Below, piece after piece: positions 29,601-36,815 of a stretch of 43,962 nucleotides of DNA. Where the stretch lies: the NCBI GenBank assembly GCA_009692605.1, contig SHYV01000003.1:1-43962 (forward strand). The letters are read 5' to 3'. The DNA is from Myxococcales bacterium. GTDB taxonomy: Bacteria; Myxococcota_A; UBA796; SXON01. The notes below the pieces were generated by a model. It saw only the letters and a program-made list of their open reading frames with translations, did not search any database and was not told the origin of the DNA. How positions within the stretch are numbered: position 1 is the stretch's first letter; each line of letters opens with the position of its first letter. A program made the position numbers and the translations under genes.

Positions 29601-29666
29601 TCCACGCTCGCCGTGCCGCTCGTCGTCCCCGCCCTGCTGGCCATGCGCGCAAAGTGGCGTGGGTAG
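26634..29666 (+). CDS. RND efflux permease (AcrB/AcrD/AcrF superfamily)
   Basis: 1010 aa; YPGAAPAEVE, LNIITLAGL, IDNAIVVVENI, GQIFRDLA, RLRPILMS, GMLPLA; two large periplasmic loops. Confidence 0.93.
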   Translation: MIRASIQNPYAVIVACIFVALAGVTAARTLPLQLRPTVEPAEVQVTTAYPGAAPAEVEDQITRRIEDQLTSVSGMRELVSTSGSGRSTITLKFEDGVDRNVAMIDVLNKLGGVQGLPGDADPPEATATTSDQQSPMMWVAVQGIRDAAGNVTPLPVQELRQAVDDAIAPRLRRVEGVAGMIIAGADKREVHLLANLDAAAARGIPISELLAALPRHDVNSRGGPLWSGKREYTLRTLGRPATLNEVANVVLRRDGQGVVHLGDIATPTIESAIGQTTMRLNGIPGISLGIQRQTGANVPTTADGVESALEELRHTFAISGVPIDFTVLYSETTYIDDALAGAVSDSLLGVALAGAALLIALRSPRAVVVVAAAQPLAVLCVFPVLWWLGRSLNIITLAGLAFGVGITIDNAIVVVENIHRHRERGASVPDAAWAGTREVAGAMVAATMTNVCVFAPVIFLGGEAGQIFRDLAIGISVAAVGSLIAVLTVVPAAAAWLGTGAVTTVSGGGWLGRLYGRIIDAITRHAWVRILVLLAAISVSGLGVLAVPAPSYLPEGNRNLILTLARALPGTSSEAAGELLAPLEQSLLADPRVDRTFVVLSSRFSAVGMTLTAEHTPPAKFSAFLGELRGRVATVPGFRFLFPIRASIFQDPGRQFEVSVSGPDLGELTRLAAKLQANLRTLPGVVSVRSNFEAGNPEIQVLPDRIALATLGITPQEVANAVEVAVGGRRVGTYLDEGRELDVVLIGEDRYRHDAGALKALYIRPGVPLDAVADVVEVLGPVSIPHLDQARAITLTVNLGEGAALGAALQACETTVLDPLRAGLPAGYLMATGGTADRLSETFRGLQSSFGYALVLIYLLLVALYKSWSQPLVILTAVPLGVCGALLALAAAHLVAKVEFDMVAMLGTILLAGVVVNTSILIVSQAEEFLAQGVRPRDALREAAASRLRPILMSVVTSVIGMLPLAAGQGSGSELYRGLGVIMVGGMVLSTLAVPLVVPALLAMRAKWRG

Positions 29667-29697
29667 GATCCCCGGAGGGCGGATCCTACCCACTTTG
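29650..29697. repeat. Palindromic REP-like element, copy 1 (between convergent RND and helicase genes)
   Basis: GTGGGTAGGATCC-ccggagggc-GGATCCTACCCAC (perfect 13-bp arms, 29659-29693). The stem can be extended by CAAAGT/ACTTTG with a 5-nt bulge. Contains the RND stop codon. Confidence 0.85.
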
Positions 29698-31089
29698 CTA
29701 TTTGTGGCGCCAATCCTTCTTTTTATGCTTGTTGGCCGGGTCGGTCCAAGCGGCCAAGCGGCCGCCGTGCGTCGTGGGACCACCCCCTTTCTTGGCGGCG
29801 GGCATGTTCAGGTTCTGCCGCGCTGGCACCGCACCCGGCGCGGGGAGCGCCGCGTAGTCGAAGCCTTCGGCGCGGGCGCGCGGGATGGCGTGGCCCAGCG
29901 TGCGCTCCAGCAGCCGCAGCGCGTCGCGGTCGGTCTCGGTGACAAAGCTGATCGCGTCTCCGGTCGCCAGCGCCCGCCCCGTTCGACCGATCCGGTGCAC
30001 GTAGTCGTCGGACAATGGCGGAAAGTCGTAGTTGACGACGTGGGAGATCCCGTTGACGTCGATGCCTCGCGCGGCGATGTCCGTCGCCACCAGCGCCCGC
30101 ACTGCGCCGCACTTGAAATCGGCCAGCGCGCGCATCCGCTGGGGCTGGGTCCGGTCGGAGTGCAGAACCCCGGTCCGGATCTGCATCTGCTCGAGCCTCT
30201 TCGCCACCCGATCGGCCCCGTGCCGCGTCCGGCAGAAGATGAGCACGCTGTCCATCTCCAGTTCGGCCTGGTCGAACCGGCCGTCGGCGCTGACAGCGGC
30301 CTCGTCCCCGTCGTCCCCGGTGCCGCCCGCCTCGCCCTCCGGCGCGGACTCCTCCCGCAGCAGGTGCGCCAGCAGCGCCAGCTTGAGATGCTGCGGCACC
30401 TCGTAGATCTTCTGCGTGACCGTGGCCGCGGGGTCGGCCCGGCGCCCGATCTCGATCTTCTTCGGTGCTCGTTGAAACTCACGGGTAAGTCCCTCGATTT
30501 CACGCGAGAGGGTGGCCGAGAACATCAACGTCTGACGGGTGCGCGGCATCGCGCCGACGATCCGCTTGATGGACGGCAAGAACCCCATGTCCAGCATGCG
30601 GTCGGCCTCGTCCAGCACCAGATACTGCAGGCCGGCGAAGTTGCCATTCCGGCGATCCATCAAGTCGATGAGGCGCCCCGGGCAGGCCACGATCACCTCG
30701 TAGCCAGCCCGCAAGGCGTTGATCTGCGGGTTCTCTCCGACCCCTCCAAAGATCGACGCCACCCGGACCTGAAGGTGCTTCGCGTAGATGCGAACGTTCT
30801 CCTCGATCTGGGCCGCAAGCTCGCGCGTAGGGGCCAGCACCAGCACCTTCGTGCCGCGGGGGGCGTCGGCCGGAAGCGCGGCGAGCTTCGTGAGGATGGG
30901 GAGCATGAACGCCGCGGTCTTGCCGGTGCCGGTCTGCGCGATTCCCACGACATCCTGACCCGCTAAGACCGCGGGGATAGCGGCGAGCTGGACCGGCGTG
31001 GGCGTGGTGTACCCAGCGTCGACGATCGCCGCTAAAACGCGGGGATCGAGAGCGAGGGCAGCGAACGAGACACCGGCGGGTTGGGTCAT
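29698..31089 (-). CDS. DEAD-box ATP-dependent RNA helicase (RhlE-like)
   Basis: Q-motif GYTTPTPVQ, AQTGTGKT, PTRELA, DEAD, SAT, ARGID, HRIGRTGR; basic C-terminal tail. Confidence 0.95.
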   Translation of the reverse strand: MTQPAGVSFAALALDPRVLAAIVDAGYTTPTPVQLAAIPAVLAGQDVVGIAQTGTGKTAAFMLPILTKLAALPADAPRGTKVLVLAPTRELAAQIEENVRIYAKHLQVRVASIFGGVGENPQINALRAGYEVIVACPGRLIDLMDRRNGNFAGLQYLVLDEADRMLDMGFLPSIKRIVGAMPRTRQTLMFSATLSREIEGLTREFQRAPKKIEIGRRADPAATVTQKIYEVPQHLKLALLAHLLREESAPEGEAGGTGDDGDEAAVSADGRFDQAELEMDSVLIFCRTRHGADRVAKRLEQMQIRTGVLHSDRTQPQRMRALADFKCGAVRALVATDIAARGIDVNGISHVVNYDFPPLSDDYVHRIGRTGRALATGDAISFVTETDRDALRLLERTLGHAIPRARAEGFDYAALPAPGAVPARQNLNMPAAKKGGGPTTHGGRLAAWTDPANKHKKKDWRHK

Positions 31090-31150
31090 CGGCGCGCTCT
31101 ACGCCGGGGTGGGGGACTGTGCACGCGGGGTTGGCGTACCGCCCTGCCCG

Positions 31151-32059
31151 CTACCTGGGGATCGACAACTTCATCCCGAGCTTGAGCGCGATCCCGCCTT
31201 TCAGCACCGCCTTGTTGGCGTCCCGAATCTTGGCAAACTTCATCTTGTCCCCGTAGTACAGCCCCGCGAGGCTGTACAACGAGTCACCCGACTCGACCAG
31301 ATGGCTGGTCGGCAAGCCAACGGACCGGTCTACAGCCGCAGCCTGGACCGGCGCTTGCGGCGCCGACGGGACGACGGCATCGACGGGGGCTGCCGCAGCC
31401 GCACCAGCCTGCAACTGCAAGATCTCGGTCGGCACCGGCGGAGCGACGGCCGCCACCTCCGTCACACCCTGAGCGCTGAACAGCGTCACGACCCCGAAGG
31501 CGAGCACAGCCAGCACCGCCGCGCCAGCGCCGACCATCGAACCCACGCGCCACTTCGACTCACGACCCTTCGTCTCGGTGACCTCGGCCTCCAGCCGCAC
31601 CGTCTCGGAACGCAGGTTGCGGGCCTCCAGCCGCAACGCCTTGATCTCGCCCTGCTCACGAGCGGAGACCCGCGAGCGGTGATCCTCGTCCTTCTGGCGG
31701 TCGGTGCGAATCAAGCCTTCAAGGTGCTCGCGCAGGCCGCCCGGCGACACTGCGCCTGCCTCGACCGCCGCTTCCAGACGGGCGAGCGCCTCGCTCGGCT
31801 TGCCCTGCGACGCAAGGACCTTGCACAACAGCAGGTGCGCGTCCGCGTCATCCGGGTCGAGACAGATGAGCATCTGAAGGCGCTGTGAGCTCGGCCCCAG
31901 CAGACCTTCACGAGCCAGGTTCAACGCCTCGTTGTAGAGCGAGCCGGGCGCATCCACACCCTGCGTCCGGAGCGTGTCCGCGATCACAGACGGAGCGTCT
32001 CCGCCCAGCGGGGCGGATGGGCGACCGGGTTCATCGAACTCAAGGAGGGCTGCGCTCAT
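31151..32059 (-). CDS. Membrane-anchored LysM protein (TPR-like N-terminus, coiled coil, TM, C-terminal LysM)
   Basis: C-terminal HLVESGDSLYSLAGLYYGD...KIRDAN...LKLGMKLSIP; TM GAGAAVLAVLAFGVVTLF; TPR-like LDPDDADAHLLLCKVLASQG. Start at ATG 32059 is inferred. Confidence 0.85.
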   Translation of the reverse strand: MSAALLEFDEPGRPSAPLGGDAPSVIADTLRTQGVDAPGSLYNEALNLAREGLLGPSSQRLQMLICLDPDDADAHLLLCKVLASQGKPSEALARLEAAVEAGAVSPGGLREHLEGLIRTDRQKDEDHRSRVSAREQGEIKALRLEARNLRSETVRLEAEVTETKGRESKWRVGSMVGAGAAVLAVLAFGVVTLFSAQGVTEVAAVAPPVPTEILQLQAGAAAAAPVDAVVPSAPQAPVQAAAVDRSVGLPTSHLVESGDSLYSLAGLYYGDKMKFAKIRDANKAVLKGGIALKLGMKLSIPR

Positions 32060-32170
32060 GGTGGACCTGGGGGTGTATTCCCGCCCGGAAAGGCGGAAGG
32101 GTGGGACCACTTCTATAGCATGTATTGACATGGCAAGGGTAGAGTCGACGAGAAAAATGCAATTCGACGC

Positions 32171-33631
32171 TCACACAGCCGCCATCGCCCCCACAAACCG
32201 GCGTCCGATCTCCTGGTACCCCGCTGCCATGAAGTGGATGAGATCGGCCGCGGCCCACGGCGGGTCGAGCAGCCGCCAACGGAGCATGCTCCCAGGGCCG
32301 CCGGTCACAGCCTGCATGTCCCAGCTCGCACACCCGAACTCCAGGGCGACCTCCGCCTGCACCTTCGCCACCCATGCGGTCGGGCCCCAGATCGCGAAAT
32401 TCGAGCCGCTGAGCTTCTTTCCCCGGTCACTCGGCCCGACCAGCACGCAGGCCGCGCCCGGCAGCACTTCGCGGAACCGCGACAGGCTCACCCGGAGCTC
32501 CGCCCTATAGGTGTCCGGGTTCAGCTTGGGGTCGTTTGCCTCGTTCGTGCCGTAGGCCAGCACCGCGAGGTCCGGCGGACGGCGCTCCAGAAACGCCGAC
32601 TGCAGCGGGGCGCTCCAGCGTGTCCACGACGACATCGTCCGCCCGCTCACCCCCATGGCGTCGACCACCACACCCGGCCCGTCCGCCTCCATGTTCACCC
32701 CGAGGAGCCGAACCGGCCCGTCCCCGGCAGGCTGAACGGTCAGACGATGTGGACCGTCCAGCACCCGCAGCACGGTCATCCCCGGGCCGGTGTCCCCACG
32801 CGTCGAAACCCTGACCGGGGCGGCATCGTCGACGGTAAGGTCCACGCTGCCTCCAGCCGGCTGCAACAAGAGCTGGACCTCGAACCGCGTGACATGTTGC
32901 CCCTGCGGGTTCGACTTCGTCGTCTGCACCCAGCCAAGGCTCGAGGTCGCGGACGACTCGACGCTGACTCCCGCCACGCCGAGCAGCCCGTCCCCACGCC
33001 CGCCGGTGCGCCGGTCGTAGTCGCTCACCCAGGCCCCCTGCGTACAGAGGTTGACGTCGCTACCGCGGTAGCCCGACCAGGGAGCAGCCGGCATGACGAA
33101 GCCGTGCCCGGCGTCCCCGAACTGGGCCTGAAGCTGGCGTCGGACCTCGCCGGTGTAGTACTCGCCCGCCACGTGGGAGGCGCCCCAGAACGCGACCCGA
33201 ACCACGCGGTCCCGCCGCGCCATCGCGTCGTAGACGGCGTGGACGCGGGCGAGCGCTGTCGCATCTCCACGGAGCGGCTCGAGCGGGACCCGAGCGACGT
33301 CGTACACCTCGCCGATCTGCAAACGGACACGATCCTCGGGGGTCAGCTGCGGCTGCTGGGAGGCCACGTCGAGCGCAAAGCTCCCCATCGCCCCGACGTC
33401 GATGGGCGTGGTCTCTGTCGCCGACGTGCCGGTCGACGACACCCCCGGCGACTTGGTAGAGCCGGTCTTCGTGCACGCGACGTCGGGCGGCCCGTGCGCA
33501 TCCGGCACGTCCACCGTCTGCACCCAGCCCGGCTCCGCAGCCGCAGCCTGCCCAACCGAAATCCCACCAGCCACCAAAATGGGTAGGATCCCCCCTCCGG
33601 GGATCCTACCCATTCTGAGGAATGCGCTCAT
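32171..33631 (-). CDS. Exported SGNH/GDSL hydrolase-fold protein (Ape1-like)
   Basis: ATG 33631 overlaps the upstream TGA. Block I variant FWGASH, FGDAGHGF, block II GVSG, block III YGTNE, block V DLIH. Confidence 0.85.
   Translation of the reverse strand: MSAFLRMGRIPGGGILPILVAGGISVGQAAAAEPGWVQTVDVPDAHGPPDVACTKTGSTKSPGVSSTGTSATETTPIDVGAMGSFALDVASQQPQLTPEDRVRLQIGEVYDVARVPLEPLRGDATALARVHAVYDAMARRDRVVRVAFWGASHVAGEYYTGEVRRQLQAQFGDAGHGFVMPAAPWSGYRGSDVNLCTQGAWVSDYDRRTGGRGDGLLGVAGVSVESSATSSLGWVQTTKSNPQGQHVTRFEVQLLLQPAGGSVDLTVDDAAPVRVSTRGDTGPGMTVLRVLDGPHRLTVQPAGDGPVRLLGVNMEADGPGVVVDAMGVSGRTMSSWTRWSAPLQSAFLERRPPDLAVLAYGTNEANDPKLNPDTYRAELRVSLSRFREVLPGAACVLVGPSDRGKKLSGSNFAIWGPTAWVAKVQAEVALEFGCASWDMQAVTGGPGSMLRWRLLDPPWAAADLIHFMAAGYQEIGRRFVGAMAAV
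33575..33617. repeat. Palindromic REP-like element, copy 2 (inside the 5' end of the SGNH CDS)
   Basis: CAAAATGGGTAGGATCC-cccctccgg-GGATCCTACCCATTCTG. Its reverse complement matches the copy 1 core at 32 of 33 nt, loop included. Confidence 0.85.
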
Positions 33632-35256
33632 GGGCGCACCGCAGGCGGGGCGGGGGCGGGGGCGGGGGCGGGGGCGGGGGCGGGGGGAGTCGGCATGGGC
33701 TGACGAGCCCCACCTCGCGCTGTCCAATCCGAGAAACCAGCCTCGATCGCGTCCGCCAGCATCTGCCCGATGATGTCCTGGCCCGCCGAAGACAGGTGGA
33801 GCAGATCGGACCACGCAAGCGGCGGCTTCATCGAGGACCAACGCACCACGGCACCGTCACCCCCCATCGCCGACCAGGCATTCCAGAACGCACACCCCTC
33901 CTGCGCGGCCGCCTCCTGCTGCACCGCCGCCGCCCGGGCGAGGTTTGGCTTGGACCGCGCCGGCCCGCCGTCGCGCGTGCCCTGATCCAGCGGCGTGATG
34001 ATGAGGCAGCTCGATTGGGGCGCCCCCGCCCGCAGCCTGTGCACCGCGTCGATGTAGTAGGGCAGGTAGTCGCCGCCGTCGCCCTTCCCGAGCACCGGCA
34101 GCCCCAGCTCGTTGCCGCCGAGCATCACCACCACGAGGTCGGGATTGCGATGGGAGACCTGATTGGTGAGGTGGGACCTGTTGTGCTGGGTGAACGACCG
34201 GCTTCCGACCCCCACCACACCCAGCGCATCCCAGACCACCCCCGGCCCGCCCGTCTCCAGGACCATCCCGTACATCGTCACCGGCCCCGAGGCCCCGGCG
34301 CCCGCCGAAGCGCTGGTGAACCCCTCCGGATCGTCCACGAGCTTCCACCGGTCCCCCGTGGACTCCGAAGCCGAGCTGCCCCCCCCCACGCCCCTCCCCC
34401 CCACGCGCGCCCACCAGTCCCCGCGCGCGGTTCCCTCGGCCGCCCCGGCCCCCTCGGCCGCCCCGGCCGCCCCGGCCCCCTCGGCCGCCCCGGCCCCCCC
34501 CTCGCCCTCCACGATCGGCGGGCCGACCTGGTACCAGAGCTCGAAGTGCTTCATCACGAGGCGGCTGCCATCCGCCTGCTTCGGACCCGTGACCGAGACA
34601 TAGCCTTCCGCTGGCACGGTGGACGCGATCCCGCCGTACCCGTAGCGGCCCCCGCCTCCGCCCAACATCAGGCTGACCGTCGAGAGGTCGCCGTGAGGCG
34701 TCACGACCACGTCCTGACGCACGTTCCAACGGGGGTCCATCCCCATGGACAGGTACCCCGGACCGGCGTCTCCGAATCGCGCCTGCAGCCGCCCACGGAC
34801 CGTGGACGTGATGCCGTCTGCGGCGATCGTGGAGTCGCCCCACTGGCTCGCCCGGGCGATGCCCTGCCCGGCTTCCGCGAGCGCGAGCTTCCGGTAGAAC
34901 GCGTCCATTCCCCGATGCCCGGCGTCGACCAGCGCCGTTGGCACCCCCGGCGGGCGGGACGCCAGGGCGGCGACGATCGGGTCAGCGGGAGCACCCACCG
35001 TGAGCGAGGCCTCAACCGCCGAAGCCGGCCCCGCAGCGGCAAGGACAGGGTCGGCGTCCACGAGCTGGCCATCATCGGCCTCGACCACGCGCGGGCCCGA
35101 GGCAGGCAGCAGCCTCGAAAAAACCGGGACGGGGTCGCCGGGCTCCCACGGCCGGAAGGAGGCCAGCGCGGGGTGGGTGTACGTCAGCGCCAGCGCGAAG
35201 CCAGCAGTACCGAACACACCGAGGAGGCGGGAAATACCAGGTGCGTCAACGAGCAT
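33628..35256 (-). CDS. Exported SGNH/GDSL hydrolase-fold protein (Ape1-like)
   Basis: N-terminal hydrophobic segment; QWGDST, FGDAGPGY, GVVG, LGGNE, DLLH. Confidence 0.85.
   Translation of the reverse strand: MLVDAPGISRLLGVFGTAGFALALTYTHPALASFRPWEPGDPVPVFSRLLPASGPRVVEADDGQLVDADPVLAAAGPASAVEASLTVGAPADPIVAALASRPPGVPTALVDAGHRGMDAFYRKLALAEAGQGIARASQWGDSTIAADGITSTVRGRLQARFGDAGPGYLSMGMDPRWNVRQDVVVTPHGDLSTVSLMLGGGGGRYGYGGIASTVPAEGYVSVTGPKQADGSRLVMKHFELWYQVGPPIVEGEGGAGAAEGAGAAGAAEGAGAAEGTARGDWWARVGGRGVGGGSSASESTGDRWKLVDDPEGFTSASAGAGASGPVTMYGMVLETGGPGVVWDALGVVGVGSRSFTQHNRSHLTNQVSHRNPDLVVVMLGGNELGLPVLGKGDGGDYLPYYIDAVHRLRAGAPQSSCLIITPLDQGTRDGGPARSKPNLARAAAVQQEAAAQEGCAFWNAWSAMGGDGAVVRWSSMKPPLAWSDLLHLSSAGQDIIGQMLADAIEAGFSDWTARGGARQPMPTPPAPAPAPAPAPAPPAVRP
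33646..33687 (+). repeat. (CGGGGG)n simple repeat encoding the Pro-Ala tail of the minus-strand SGNH protein
   Basis: Seven G-runs of 4-6 nt separated by single C; minus-strand translation PPAPAPAPAPAPPA. Confidence 0.9.
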
Positions 35257-35282
35257 GGAACCTCGGGGCCGGACGAAAGCGC

Positions 35283-36719
35283 CTAAAAATCATGGTAAAT
35301 GAACGCGAGGCTATCGCCGGGGCCGTACTGTACGCAGAGCCATCCGGCGACAACGAGCAGCGCACCCTGGACCGGCGCTGGCAAGCGGCCGAACGCCGCC
35401 CGGGCTCGAGTGGCCCAGTCCGGGGGCGAGGCATGCAGCGCATACCCGAGCGCAAGGACGACCCAAGCGTGAAGGGAGTAGCGCGGCCAGGCCCAGTTGC
35501 CGTGCACCAGCTGCTCCACCACGCTGCCGGCGACATCAAGGTCCGGCGAACGAAACAGGATCCGCGCCAGCACGACGAAGTGGAAGGTCAGCGCCCACCG
35601 CCAGCTCGCCTGGACGAAGCTCGGCGCCTCCACGGACCAGCCGGCCCGCTTGACGTACCGGTTGATGCTGACGGCGGTGCCGTGCAGCAACCCGTAGAGC
35701 ACGAACGTCCAGTTCGCGCCGTGCCACACGGCGAGAATCACCAACGTGATGTAGGTGTTCAGGTAGGGTTGAATCGGCCCGAGCCGCCCCTCCCGCGAGC
35801 CACCCAGCGGGTAGTAGACGTAGTCCCGCACCCAGTCGGAGAGCGTGATGTGCCACCGCCGCCAGTACTCCGCCACCGAAAGCGCTCGATAGGGCCGGTC
35901 GAAGTTCTCCGGGATCCGAAACCCGAACAGGCGAGCCGAGCCGATCGCGAAATCCGTGTACCCGGAGAAGTCGCAGTAGATCTGAAGACTATAGGCGTAC
36001 AACGCGACGAGCGTCTCGAACGCGCCAAAGCGGACCGGGTCGGCGAACATCGAGTCCACCACGCCGACGCGCAGCACGTCCGCGATCAGCAGCTTCTTTA
36101 CCAGCCCAGTCGCCAGCCGGGTCAGCGCGTAGGAGACGTCCTCAGGGTCCAGTCGCCGAGGCAGCCGAAGCTGCGTGAGCAACGTACCGGCTCGCAGGAT
36201 GGGTCCCGCCACGAGGTGCGGAAAGAACAGGAGAAAGGTCGCAAAGCGGATCGGATTGCTCTCTACCTCCAGCGGGTGCTTCGGCACCTCGCCGCGCGAA
36301 CGGGCGCCCAGGGTCCGGCGCACGTCAATGACGTAGGCCAGCGCCTGAAAGCTGTAGAAGGAGATGCCGATCGGCAGGTGGTGCCGCTCGGGCACGGTGA
36401 CATCGACGAACACCGAGAGCGTGTCCATCACCCAGCGGGTGTACTTGAAGTACACCATCGGGCCAAGCAGGCACACCGCCGCCGCCGCGAGCAGCAGGCC
36501 CCGCGCCGACTCCGGCGCACGTCTCTGCACGAGGCCGAAGATGTAGGAGATCCCAACGATCGCGAGCAGAGCAACCGTGTCGCCAGGGTCCCAGGCGGCG
36601 TAGAACACCAGGCTGACAAGGAACAGCCAGGAGGTTCTCCCGAAGGGCGAACCGATCAGCCAATGCACCACCGCTACGACGGGCAGGAACAGGAAGTAGT
36701 CGAAGGTCGCGAAGAGCAT
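35283..36719 (-). CDS. MBOAT family O-acyltransferase (AlgI/PatA-like)
   Basis: LPIGISFYSFQ, FFPHLVAGPI, YCDFSGYTD, ENFDRPY, WRRWHITLS, catalytic WHGANW, C-terminal FIYHDF. Confidence 0.95.
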   Translation of the reverse strand: MLFATFDYFLFLPVVAVVHWLIGSPFGRTSWLFLVSLVFYAAWDPGDTVALLAIVGISYIFGLVQRRAPESARGLLLAAAAVCLLGPMVYFKYTRWVMDTLSVFVDVTVPERHHLPIGISFYSFQALAYVIDVRRTLGARSRGEVPKHPLEVESNPIRFATFLLFFPHLVAGPILRAGTLLTQLRLPRRLDPEDVSYALTRLATGLVKKLLIADVLRVGVVDSMFADPVRFGAFETLVALYAYSLQIYCDFSGYTDFAIGSARLFGFRIPENFDRPYRALSVAEYWRRWHITLSDWVRDYVYYPLGGSREGRLGPIQPYLNTYITLVILAVWHGANWTFVLYGLLHGTAVSINRYVKRAGWSVEAPSFVQASWRWALTFHFVVLARILFRSPDLDVAGSVVEQLVHGNWAWPRYSLHAWVVLALGYALHASPPDWATRARAAFGRLPAPVQGALLVVAGWLCVQYGPGDSLAFIYHDF

Positions 36720-36815
36720 GGCGGTTTGGGCTTGACGCGTCCAGACCTATCGCGGCGCACGCCACTACAACTTCCCGGCGCCGCGGATTAGCGGCGGGGT
36801 CAACCACCGGGCCCC

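Noticed and set aside
36720-36815. Attenuator/leader peptide upstream of the ABC-F gene, implying antibiotic resistance
   Set aside because: Only a short hairpin (CGCCGC-ggatta-GCGGCG) is present and no convincing uORF. The protein cannot be assigned to a resistance subfamily by eye.
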